Positions 31,196-40,423 of a stretch of 64,000 bases of DNA are shown one piece after another. Numbering within the stretch: position 1 is the stretch's first letter; every line of letters begins with the position of its first letter. The notes under the pieces are model-generated. The model was given only the letters and a program-made list of their open reading frames with translations. It was not told the origin of the DNA and ran no database searches. The stretch spans positions 896,001-960,000 of the forward strand of contig CAXXMD010000003.1 in the NCBI GenBank assembly GCA_963675755.2. Direction: 5' to 3'. The DNA is from a bacterium. GTDB lineage: Bacteria > Zhuqueibacterota > Zhuqueibacteria > Residuimicrobiales > Krinioviventaceae. A program made the position numbers and the translations under genes.

Positions 31196-31651
31196 TTACC
31201 GTTTACGGATCTCGGCAAAAAAAGTTTTAATAATAGTGCTACACTCTTTTTCCATCACACCGCCTGTACAGGGAACCCTGACATCTAAACGATCATTGTC
31301 TGCTATCTGCAATGCAGAACCGCATGCACCATATCGGGGATCATATGCTCCAAACACCACTGTCTGGATCCTGGAAAGTAAAATGGCTCCCGCACACATG
31401 ACACAAGGCTCAAGTGTGGTATACAAAATACTATCTTCTAATCGCCATGAATGCGTTGCCTGTGATGCCGTTTGAATTGCCAGCATTTCAGCATGTGCGG
31501 TGGGATCCTGGCGTGTCTCTACCAGGTTATGTCCGTTGCCAATGATCTCCCCATTGCACACAATGATTGCGCCTATCGGCACTTCATCTTTGGCATAAGC
31601 CTCTTGAGCTTGAGCCAGTGCAAATCGCATCCAACTTGAATGATCATCCAT
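31196..31651 (-). CDS. tadA: tRNA adenosine(34) deaminase
   Basis: [33 protein letters not shown]. The ORF-track start at 31684 lies inside tRNA-Arg, so ATG 31651 is preferred. Confidence 0.93.
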   Translation of the reverse strand: MDDHSSWMRFALAQAQEAYAKDEVPIGAIIVCNGEIIGNGHNLVETRQDPTAHAEMLAIQTASQATHSWRLEDSILYTTLEPCVMCAGAILLSRIQTVVFGAYDPRYGACGSALQIADNDRLDVRVPCTGGVMEKECSTIIKTFFAEIRKR

Positions 31652-31675
31652 ATCGGGTGCCGTCGTCTTTATTAG

Positions 31676-31749
31676 CGCGCCCAAAGGGAGTCGAACCCCT
31701 AACCTTCTGGTCCGTAGCCAGACACTCTATCCAATTGAGCTATGGGCGC
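31676..31749 (-). tRNA. tRNA-Arg(ACG)
   Basis: Acceptor stem GCGCCCA/TGGGCGC, anticodon arm TCTGG-CTACGGA-CCAGA, GTTCGACTC. Confidence 0.95.
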
Positions 31750-31766
31750 GTATATTTTTACTTTCG

Positions 31767-31839
31767 CAGCGCATACGGGATTCGAACCCGTGTTACCGGC
31801 GTGAGAGGCCAGCGTCCTAAACCCCTAGACGAATGCGCC
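31767..31839 (-). tRNA. tRNA-Glu(CTC)
   Basis: Anticodon arm CTGGC-CTCTCAC-GCCGG, GTTCGAATCCC, acceptor stem GGCGCAT/ATGCGCT. Confidence 0.93.
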
Positions 31840-31854
31840 AACTGTTAGCTTGAA

Positions 31855-31883
31855 AATATAAGAACTTTTTATCTTTTTGTCAA
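31855..31883 (-). promoter_or_regulatory. Sigma70 promoter of the tRNA-tadA operon
   Basis: TTGACA-17 nt-TATATT, ending 15 nt upstream of tRNA-Glu. Confidence 0.75.
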
Positions 31884-32123
31884 CCTTTTTTAACATGTCC
31901 ATGCGTAAATAAAAAGTGTGGCATCTGTGTCCATAATTTTGTATATTGTACACACAGATGTGATGCGGGGATTTACACACTGAATACACCTTAACCATTA
32001 CAAAACAACGACTTGACTCTATATTGTCAGTGTTGCTTTTTGGGAACAATTGTTATAAAATGTCGTCAAATACGTGGTATAATTATTGTATTACATTTTC
32101 GTACTTGTAAAATAAAGAGAAAA

Positions 32124-33224
32124 ATGGAAATGGATGCTTTATACATTAAAACACCGCAGTATCGATACGGCCCACTAAAGACCACAGATGCCCCCTGGTT
32201 TATTGAAGAAGGTCTCTCCACCGACCGGGATCTTGTCTGGACTCCAAAAACCAATGAATGGACACCCATTGGCAAGATTGAGCAATTTAAACCTTATTTC
32301 GACAAGATGAAAAAGAAAACCGGGAGATCCAAAGTCTACGCGTTTGCCAGCGGCAAAGGTGGAGTAGGAAAAACCGCGATTACCGCTTCAATGGCTATTG
32401 AACTGGGTGCACTTGGCAAAAAAGTGATCATCGTAGATGCTGATTTAGGTGGTCCTGATCTGCACGAATGGGTTGGCGTTAGCAGGCCTCCCATTACTTT
32501 GAATACCTTTTTTCAATACAAAGGTGTTAAACTTCAACAGCTACTGGTTGAAACCCCTTATCCCAATGTACAACTGATTGGTGGAGAGATTGCAAACATT
32601 GCACACTCGAATCCCAATTTCTTTAGCAGAAGCAAATTCCATAGACATCTGCACCAGCTTGAAGCGGATTTTGTTCTGGTTGACATGAGCCCAGGTGTTT
32701 CTTACCAGACGATTGACTTGTTTCTGGCATGTGACAATGGAATCATTGTAACCATTCCGGATCCTACATCCTTTATGGATGCGTTCAACTTTATACGGGT
32801 CAGCATAATCCGTAAATTACTTAAAGCACTTGAATTCTGTGAATTTTCCACAGCCAAGATCAAAGAATTTGAACATTGGGATTGGCAAAAATACGAAAAC
32901 TCGCTCTACTCTGTGTTTGAGAAAATTCAAAATTACGATCCTCGTGCCGCGTCTTTCTTTATGGCTACCATTCAAAGTTTTAAACCTAAAATGGTGACCA
33001 ATATGGTATATAGTGAAGAAGAGGCTTCGGAAGCAGCCGCATTCAAAGAAAAGATAAAAAAATTACTCATGATCGACATCAATTATCTGGGTTATATCGA
33101 TTTCAGCAACCAATTGAGAAAATTGACCAAAGATATGCGCCCATTCGGCTTGTCTACGCCGGACGAAGGTAAAGCATATGAACCCAGCAAGATCCAGCTT
33201 TCTTTTCCACAAACTCAAAAATAA
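32124..33224 (+). CDS. MinD/FlhG-family ATPase with N-terminal GYF_2 (DUF4339)-like domain
   Basis: Deviant Walker A GKGGVGKT, DADLGG, VDMSPG; N-terminal YGP...G...LVW...W.PI pattern. ATG 32124 preferred over TTG 32013. Confidence 0.8.
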   Translation: MEMDALYIKTPQYRYGPLKTTDAPWFIEEGLSTDRDLVWTPKTNEWTPIGKIEQFKPYFDKMKKKTGRSKVYAFASGKGGVGKTAITASMAIELGALGKKVIIVDADLGGPDLHEWVGVSRPPITLNTFFQYKGVKLQQLLVETPYPNVQLIGGEIANIAHSNPNFFSRSKFHRHLHQLEADFVLVDMSPGVSYQTIDLFLACDNGIIVTIPDPTSFMDAFNFIRVSIIRKLLKALEFCEFSTAKIKEFEHWDWQKYENSLYSVFEKIQNYDPRAASFFMATIQSFKPKMVTNMVYSEEEASEAAAFKEKIKKLLMIDINYLGYIDFSNQLRKLTKDMRPFGLSTPDEGKAYEPSKIQLSFPQTQK

Positions 33225-33250
33225 AAAACCGGGTGAATTTCACCCGGTTT
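33223..33250. terminator. Intrinsic terminator, possibly bidirectional
   Basis: AAAACCGGGTGAA-T-TTCACCCGGTTTT perfect hairpin directly after the stop codon. Confidence 0.8.
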
Positions 33251-33435
33251 TACATTCCCTATCTCGATGCAGCAACACCCTGACACCTTCTTTGCTCAAT
33301 ATTTTCAATGCCTTACATATAATAAATAAAATCTTCTATTTATTATAAAATTAATCATTTTGTGATCCAGATCGGAATTTGTTTTTCTAAATATTCGTTT
33401 AATGAGCAGTTCATTACTCATAAAACAGGATTTTT

Positions 33436-33906
33436 ATGCGTCTTTTGACAATATTTCGATTATTTTTGCTATTATCACCCCTGCTCTGGTTATCGTGCGA
33501 AATCGATCATGGCCTGGGTACAATGGATTCCCGTATCTCGGGAAAAATCATTCTGCTGAATCCGGATCAAAAGCCCGATTATGTTGAATCTGTACGTATT
33601 GTGGGTGTGGTGAATTTCCCGCCCGAATCCCTGGGCGATGTAGTATTTACCAATCGTTCGGTCAATTTAAGCAAAGCCGAACCCGATTATTACATTCCGG
33701 CTCCTCTTGGCACCTATCATCTGATTGTTGCTGTTTACAAGGTCAAAGGTAAAGAATGGGATTATTTGAAATGGCTGGGATATTATGGTTTTGATCCTGT
33801 TACCTGGGAAAGCAAGGAAACCACAATCACCCTTTCCAAAAACCATCCCGTTGCCACAGGTATTGACATTGTTTGCGACTGGTCACTTTTACCGGATGAG
33901 GAGTAA
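33436..33906 (+). CDS. Lipoprotein with a single beta-sandwich-like domain, paralog of 39595-40407
   Basis: Lipobox WLSC; DHGL, FPP, P.G.Y, LGYY and GIDI..DW motifs. Confidence 0.75.
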   Translation: MRLLTIFRLFLLLSPLLWLSCEIDHGLGTMDSRISGKIILLNPDQKPDYVESVRIVGVVNFPPESLGDVVFTNRSVNLSKAEPDYYIPAPLGTYHLIVAVYKVKGKEWDYLKWLGYYGFDPVTWESKETTITLSKNHPVATGIDIVCDWSLLPDEE

Positions 33907-36051
33907 ATGATGCGGAACAGAATCTATATTGCGTTTATAATCATTTTTTTAACTGCTTGCAGCTTGTCCGCTGCAGTGACCGGCACAATCAAGGGAACCT
34001 TGCGTGCGACAGATACAAAAGGCTTTCTACCGGGAGCCAATGTGTTTATTGAAAACACCTTTATAGGGTCCGGCACAGACGAAAAAGGCAATTACACAAT
34101 CCGCATTCAACCCGGATCATACGTCATCAAAGCCAGCTTTATGGGTTATGGAACACAAACAGCAAACATCACAGTTCGTGCCAACCAGACTGTACTACAG
34201 GACTTTATTCTGACACCCACCACACTGCAAACAGAACAGATTGTGGTTACCGGTTCCAGACAGCCGGAAACACTAGCCTCTGCGGCTTCCAGCATCAATA
34301 TTCTGGGACAGCGGGACATAAAGCGGCGCAACGCGTTCCGCATTGATGATGCCCTGCTCAGCGTTCCTGGTGTAACCATTGTTGGCGAAAATGTCAACAT
34401 CCGGGGTGGTTCCGGCTACAATCGCCTGGGCGGAAGCCGCTCACTGGTGCTGCTGGATGGTGTGCCTATCCTGACCAGCGATCTGGGAACTGCTAACTGG
34501 AACATTCTGCCCGTTACCGAGATCGAGCATATGGAAGTGCTCAAAGGTGCGGCATCATCTTTATACGGTTCAGGTGCTCTTAGCGGTGTAATCAATATTT
34601 TCACAAAGATGCCGTCTAACGATCTGAGCGTATCCTTCCGACAAAGCGCCGGTATTTATGACGAGCCTTCCGTTCCCGAATGGAAATGGACTAACGAATC
34701 CCTGTATTACCAGAGAACAGATGTCAGTCTCTCAGACAGTTATGGTCCGGTGGGTTTACGCCTTGCTGTATCTCACCACAAATCGACAGGTGACAGGCAA
34801 AATGGATTTTTTGAACGCTGGTACTTTACCGGCAAGTCTCACATCCAGCTTCCGGGACAATCGACATTGACCCTGTTCTCCACCTATAGCATTGATGATC
34901 GTGAACTGTTTCTGCAATGGCTGGAGCAGGACCAGGCACTCAAGGTCCCGCCTACCGAATTGGGCAACCGATACACCATTGATGGATTTGTAGGATATGC
35001 GGTATTTAACAAACTGTTCTCCCCCACATTGTCCACCAAAGTCAGGTTATCTTATAATCAGCAGCTTGTAGGTGTACCCTTTAATATCACCAGCGCTTTT
35101 ACACCTGCACTGGGATTAAGTGGTGAAGCCCAGGTCAACTGGAAACCACATCCTGACCATAGCTTGTCCATGGGTGTAGACTACAAGTATGACGAGGTGG
35201 AATCCCAATATTACGGTCAGCGCTACGCCAATGGTATCTCACCATACCTGCAGGAGATCTGGCAGATCACCAACCTGCTGCAAATCAATACCGGAGTGCG
35301 GCTGGACACTTATACGCTGGTTGGAGATTCGACCGAATGGCAGGCATCCCCCAAGATCGGCGCCAGCTACCAACCTCTACTGGGAACAGTTTTGCATGCG
35401 TCATGGGGCATGGGATTCCGTGCCGCAACTGTAGTTGAACGATTCATCTCTGCGGGATCAAGCGATTTTAAAGCGCTGCCGAATCCGGATCTGATGCCGG
35501 AACGATCAAAACTATTTGACATAGGTATAAGGCAAAACATTGGTGAAAAAGCATATGCCGAAGTTACTTTTTTCAATAGCACATACAAGCATCTCATAGA
35601 ACCTACTTTAAAATCTGACTTGACTGCGCAATTTCTCAACTATCCCCGGGCCAGAATTACGGGTATTGAAGCAGAGATGCGCTGGGACCTGTGGCAAGAC
35701 CATATAAAACTGCAGGCTTCTGCCACCTATATGGACCCCAAAGATCTTGAAACTGACGAGCCCCTGATTTATCGTGCAAAATTTTTAGGATATGTGTCAC
35801 CGGGACTCTATTACGGTCCCTTTGCGCTTGAAGCAGATTACCGCTACATGAGTGAAATCAAAAAAGTAGCCGTGTATCCCTTAGATGAAAAAGTACCTAC
35901 AAAAATCTGGGATATTCGATTGAATTACCGCTGGAATGCACTGACATTTCAAATACAGATAAAGAATGCATTAAATTACAACTATACGGTTTCCGAACGC
36001 GTACTGGGAGAGATCCGCAATTTCATGTTCTCGGTAAGCGGAGACTTTTAA
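33907..36051 (+). CDS. TonB-dependent receptor with N-terminal carboxypeptidase-regulatory-like domain
   Basis: Signal peptide, GANV..TDEKGNY..GY, IVVTGSR TonB box, plug motif EVLKGAASSLYGSGALSGVINI, NPDLMPE, C-terminal F. Confidence 0.92.
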   Translation: MMRNRIYIAFIIIFLTACSLSAAVTGTIKGTLRATDTKGFLPGANVFIENTFIGSGTDEKGNYTIRIQPGSYVIKASFMGYGTQTANITVRANQTVLQDFILTPTTLQTEQIVVTGSRQPETLASAASSINILGQRDIKRRNAFRIDDALLSVPGVTIVGENVNIRGGSGYNRLGGSRSLVLLDGVPILTSDLGTANWNILPVTEIEHMEVLKGAASSLYGSGALSGVINIFTKMPSNDLSVSFRQSAGIYDEPSVPEWKWTNESLYYQRTDVSLSDSYGPVGLRLAVSHHKSTGDRQNGFFERWYFTGKSHIQLPGQSTLTLFSTYSIDDRELFLQWLEQDQALKVPPTELGNRYTIDGFVGYAVFNKLFSPTLSTKVRLSYNQQLVGVPFNITSAFTPALGLSGEAQVNWKPHPDHSLSMGVDYKYDEVESQYYGQRYANGISPYLQEIWQITNLLQINTGVRLDTYTLVGDSTEWQASPKIGASYQPLLGTVLHASWGMGFRAATVVERFISAGSSDFKALPNPDLMPERSKLFDIGIRQNIGEKAYAEVTFFNSTYKHLIEPTLKSDLTAQFLNYPRARITGIEAEMRWDLWQDHIKLQASATYMDPKDLETDEPLIYRAKFLGYVSPGLYYGPFALEADYRYMSEIKKVAVYPLDEKVPTKIWDIRLNYRWNALTFQIQIKNALNYNYTVSERVLGEIRNFMFSVSGDF

Positions 36052-36061
36052 GGAGTCTGTT

Positions 36062-37747
36062 ATGAAACGAATGATATTTATACTATTTTCAATTCTCTTA
36101 TTTTTGGGAACAGCCTATTCACAAACAAAAACCCTTGATCGTCAGTATACACCTATCGTCCTTGGCGATCTGGAGGCACCCATTGCCGGCAGCGAGCGCG
36201 CGTTGTGGAGTGCCTGGTCATACGATCAATCCACCAACTCGTGGACAAGCGTACCCTTTCAAATCGACGATATCAAGTCAAATGGCGGATACGAACATAC
36301 TGCATCATCCATCAATCCCATTATCGGAGCAGAAGACGAATTGGTATTCATGCCGGGTGACCTGGGCGATAAAGCTCCTGCATCCGAATGGCTGGTTGAT
36401 GCAAATTCTGAAACAGATACACGGCTGGAACTGGAATTCACCGACCCTCTTGACGCTTCAAAACAGGGATGGGTATATCTTTACAAAAATGTTATAGAAA
36501 TAGCATTGCATAACGGATATTTTGATTACTCTCCACCGCCAAATCCTTCCGTTTCAGCAGCGGACACGGTTTTTAGCCGTTATTACAAACTGGCGCATCA
36601 AAACAATGGTTTTTTCAATTATCTGACTTTTGACAACAATCCTGACCTTGACCTGCTTGACCGCCTGAAAATGCGTTTTGATGCAAATTCTTCGTTAATC
36701 CCCACAGACATCAAGATCAATGAGAACAGCATTACGCCTAAAACCGATACTGCCGAGGGCTCTCCGGTATCTGCATTTCCAGGAGAGGTACGGTTATTCA
36801 GAGATATTCGCGACAAGTTCAATGTTGATCTGTCTGTACTGAGTCTCGATCTGGACCTGGACCCCAAACTGCAATATTTCCCCTATTCAATCCAGGGAGA
36901 GGTGGATCTGAACATTGGCGGTGCGTTTCTGGGCCAGGTTCGTGTCAATTTCATTCGCTTGTCACTGGACATGTCTCCCAATGCTTCCAGCATGACCTAT
37001 TATAGCAATAAAAACAGGGATGGATTTACCATTGATGGTGAACCGGAAACGCCGGAAGCAATAGTTGACGAACCTTTTGCGTTAAACTGGATGATGGCAA
37101 CCGGTGAAAAGGGGACGATCATTTTAATGCTGCAAATGCCCGAGGTGGAACGCGGCAACACCACCCTGTTTTATTATGACGATAAAAATGGCGGTTCCAA
37201 AGACGGATCAGACGATACCGGCGATCTGAAATCCTATGGAGATATGGGTATGTGGAGCAAGACAAACAGCGACGGCCTTAAAGTCAGTCAGGTCTTTTTT
37301 CGCTACTCGCTCTATTTCATAAATCAGGATATAAGCCAGAATGCCGCAGACCTGGGTGATCTGCTTACAGAACAGCACCTGAATCCACTCACCTTATCTG
37401 TAGCAGAACAGGAATATTTATCTACAAATATCACTGACAACACAATACAACCATTAGATTTTGAGCTCAATGCGGCATATCCGAATCCATATCAAATTGG
37501 CAATGGAAATGTCACTTTTTCTTTTCAAAATATTAACTTGCATAAAAATGTTCAATTGAGTATATACAATATACTGGGGCAAAAGGTCATGCAATTCAAC
37601 AATATCAGCCTCATTCCCGAATCCTCTCAGGCACTTTCCTGGGATGGTAAGGATCTAAACGGACAGCCGGTCAGCCAGGGTATCTATTTTTACCGCGTAA
37701 CCGGCACAAATCAACAGTTGTCAGGCAAACTGCTGATCATGAATTAA
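36062..37747 (+). CDS. Secreted protein with C-terminal T9SS-type/FlgD-Ig domain (paralog A)
   Basis: Signal peptide, GGAG RBS, C-terminal AYPNP...IYNILGQ...WDGKD...GIYF...KLLIM. Confidence 0.8.
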   Translation: MKRMIFILFSILLFLGTAYSQTKTLDRQYTPIVLGDLEAPIAGSERALWSAWSYDQSTNSWTSVPFQIDDIKSNGGYEHTASSINPIIGAEDELVFMPGDLGDKAPASEWLVDANSETDTRLELEFTDPLDASKQGWVYLYKNVIEIALHNGYFDYSPPPNPSVSAADTVFSRYYKLAHQNNGFFNYLTFDNNPDLDLLDRLKMRFDANSSLIPTDIKINENSITPKTDTAEGSPVSAFPGEVRLFRDIRDKFNVDLSVLSLDLDLDPKLQYFPYSIQGEVDLNIGGAFLGQVRVNFIRLSLDMSPNASSMTYYSNKNRDGFTIDGEPETPEAIVDEPFALNWMMATGEKGTIILMLQMPEVERGNTTLFYYDDKNGGSKDGSDDTGDLKSYGDMGMWSKTNSDGLKVSQVFFRYSLYFINQDISQNAADLGDLLTEQHLNPLTLSVAEQEYLSTNITDNTIQPLDFELNAAYPNPYQIGNGNVTFSFQNINLHKNVQLSIYNILGQKVMQFNNISLIPESSQALSWDGKDLNGQPVSQGIYFYRVTGTNQQLSGKLLIMN

Positions 37748-37823
37748 ATAGTATCGTCAGGAACATATACAGAATCAATTTTGTTTTTATGAACTAGTGG
37801 TAGATTTATTTAAAGGATATATC

Positions 37824-39584
37824 ATGAAAAAAATAACACTATATCGCATATTTGCATTATTAATAGTACCTGTTCTTATGTTTGCAGGTACATTAAAAGA
37901 AGATAGAGGATACGAATATGTAATGATACAAGAAACCGGCCCAAACATAAATACGCCAGAAGAAATGCCAGTAGACAGTATTTTCATATTTGCATACAAC
38001 CAGATGGACCAATCATGGAGCATCATTCCCTTTCAAGTTGATGAAAGAATATATGGCCCGGATCCACTAAGTAAAAACATGAGCGGCAATGACTGGTTTT
38101 ACTTTGAACTGTGGGGAGACAATGCTCCAGATTCTTTAAAGTTTAATAAAATCTATGACAGGAATGATGATATTGTATTTCTAGTAAGAGATATGGGCGA
38201 TCAAGCTCCTGCTAACAGCTGGATCGATGACGAAGACTCTAAGAAATATAAACGTGTTGAAATCAAAGTATCTTCAGCTTTGGATTCCAACAAAACTGCA
38301 TTTGCTTATCTCTATCGGTCAAAAACACTGTCACAAGAAGATATACCAAGACCATATAATTTTTCCTATGATGCAACAAACGATATCATGTCAACTGAAT
38401 ATTATTCCATAGGTCTCGCCTCTCAAGGTTTAGCTGAATCAATAGCATTACCAGGAAATAAAACCCTGAATATACTAGACAGAATGAAAGCTCGCTTAGG
38501 TGGTGTTATTGATCTGCCGGCTCCCTTTGGCACTCAGGACATTACATTAACCGAAGATCAATTATTAAACAATGACATAATGATCTCAAAGAATTCCGTT
38601 GTACGATCAATCCGAATCGCAAAATATAACTTTGAATTAGCGGGCCTGGTAGAAGATGACTACTATTTTTGGGTAGACCAACAATTTTACCCTTTTCAAA
38701 TCAGAGTCTGGGGAGGAGATACGCTGGATGTAAAAGCACTTGAAGACAATATGGGTGAAGGGCTGGAACTGGACATGAAAAACCTGAGATTCTCCTGGGA
38801 TCTGAATGCAAACGCAATTGGAATGAAATATTATAATCCTTATAATCAGGGTATTTTAATTGATGGTACTATGGATAACCCTGACTATACTATTGATGTT
38901 CCACCTTTAAGCTCGCCTCAACCATTATATATTAGCAGTATGGTCAGTGGTGACTTGGGGACAATATTGTGGTTTAGCAATTTCAGAGAAAAAAACTGGG
39001 AATCCGTTCAATCATACTATTACGACAATTTTGATGGTGGCTCAATGGATTATGATGTTTTTAAATGGATCGATACCGGTGACCAAGTATCTTATGGAGA
39101 CAATGGCATCCTGTTCCAATCAACAGGAAAAGATACGATTGATTTTTATCTTGATTATAACATCTATATTGTACCGGAATATAACAAAGATTTCATATTT
39201 TATTCGAACTTTAGAAATAATATCGAAAACGATTCACTAAGAATAACAACTATTGCCAGTTCATATGATCCAACTAGCGATATTGAACACAAAGAAACAG
39301 CAATAGAATCATTTAACTTGCAACAAAACTATCCCAATCCATTCAACAACTCTACACGGATCAAATTTGAGATACCGACAAAAAGTCATGTACAATTATC
39401 GATATACGACATGAACGGACGGCTTGTTAAAACTCTGGTCAACAGCGCCATGTCAGCCGGACAGCATAATGTTCATTGGAATGGAACGAATATGAATGGT
39501 ACGTCTGTTCCTTCCGGTGTTTACATCTACAAATTGGATACAGAATCAAAATCAATTTCTAAAAAACTGATACTGGTAAAATAA
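37824..39584 (+). CDS. Secreted protein with C-terminal T9SS-type/FlgD-Ig domain (paralog B)
   Basis: Signal peptide from ATG 37824 (AAGGA RBS); QNYPNPFN...IYDMNGR...WNG...SGVY...KKLILVK; shares motifs with paralog A. Confidence 0.8.
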   Translation: MKKITLYRIFALLIVPVLMFAGTLKEDRGYEYVMIQETGPNINTPEEMPVDSIFIFAYNQMDQSWSIIPFQVDERIYGPDPLSKNMSGNDWFYFELWGDNAPDSLKFNKIYDRNDDIVFLVRDMGDQAPANSWIDDEDSKKYKRVEIKVSSALDSNKTAFAYLYRSKTLSQEDIPRPYNFSYDATNDIMSTEYYSIGLASQGLAESIALPGNKTLNILDRMKARLGGVIDLPAPFGTQDITLTEDQLLNNDIMISKNSVVRSIRIAKYNFELAGLVEDDYYFWVDQQFYPFQIRVWGGDTLDVKALEDNMGEGLELDMKNLRFSWDLNANAIGMKYYNPYNQGILIDGTMDNPDYTIDVPPLSSPQPLYISSMVSGDLGTILWFSNFREKNWESVQSYYYDNFDGGSMDYDVFKWIDTGDQVSYGDNGILFQSTGKDTIDFYLDYNIYIVPEYNKDFIFYSNFRNNIENDSLRITTIASSYDPTSDIEHKETAIESFNLQQNYPNPFNNSTRIKFEIPTKSHVQLSIYDMNGRLVKTLVNSAMSAGQHNVHWNGTNMNGTSVPSGVYIYKLDTESKSISKKLILVK

Positions 39585-39594
39585 AGACATTATT

Positions 39595-40407
39595 ATGACA
39601 AAACGATTCATCACGATTTTTTTCATTGTACTGATAACAGGATTTATATTCATATCCTGTAATAGTGATAACGGCATAGAACCTGTTCCGGGAACATTGG
39701 ACCTGGATGTTCTCTTTTATAAAGATTACATTCCTGATGACACTGAAGGTGTTTATGTGTTTGTTGCAAAAGACTTCCCGCCGCATGCCATAAATGAAAT
39801 GTTTCTCAGCCCCAACAGTATACCACTGGGTGAAGACACTGTCCATACCGAGCTTAGCCTCCCGTACGGACATTATGAGGCTATAGGTTTATGGTGGTAC
39901 AACAAAAACACCAAAACCAACCTTGCGGACGTGTTCACCCTGAAACTGGGCACAAACTTTTTGCCATACGAGTTTGATATTACAGAAGACGAACCAGTCC
40001 ATCAAACTCATATTTGGGCAAACCTGGAGCATGTCGAAAGAGATGCCTTTATTGAAGGAACTATCTACTTTAACGGACCGATCCCCTCCAATACGCTGGC
40101 AACCGCTATCGGCGCATATGCAAAAAAACCGGAGAAAAAGATTGATTATCTGATTTACCTGCAATCCATGGATTTTTCGATTGACGAAGCCCCATATCAT
40201 TTTAAACTGCCTGTAGAGGGCAAAGGAACGGTAAGATATCTTGCGGTTTTTTGGCTCTCTGACCGTTCCGGGCTTGACGATTTTAAGACTCTGGGCTATT
40301 ATGAAGATCCTGAAAATCCGGGTGTCCCCGCACAAATCAAGCTTAAATCCGGAGAAACGCTATCCGGTATTGAGATCCACGCAGACTGGGACAATATCAA
40401 TGATTAA
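39595..40407 (+). CDS. Lipoprotein with two tandem domains homologous to 33436-33906
   Basis: Lipobox FISC; DNGI, DFPP, PYGHY in the first half; IEGTI, LGYY, GIEIHADW in the second half. Confidence 0.75.
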   Translation: MTKRFITIFFIVLITGFIFISCNSDNGIEPVPGTLDLDVLFYKDYIPDDTEGVYVFVAKDFPPHAINEMFLSPNSIPLGEDTVHTELSLPYGHYEAIGLWWYNKNTKTNLADVFTLKLGTNFLPYEFDITEDEPVHQTHIWANLEHVERDAFIEGTIYFNGPIPSNTLATAIGAYAKKPEKKIDYLIYLQSMDFSIDEAPYHFKLPVEGKGTVRYLAVFWLSDRSGLDDFKTLGYYEDPENPGVPAQIKLKSGETLSGIEIHADWDNIND

Positions 40408-40423
40408 GCACGGAAATTCTATA

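Noticed and set aside
30781-31848. Short ORFs 30781-30975, 31017-31475, 31021-31218 and 31567-31848
   Set aside because: They overlap the SRP RNA, tRNAs or tadA and are translation artefacts.
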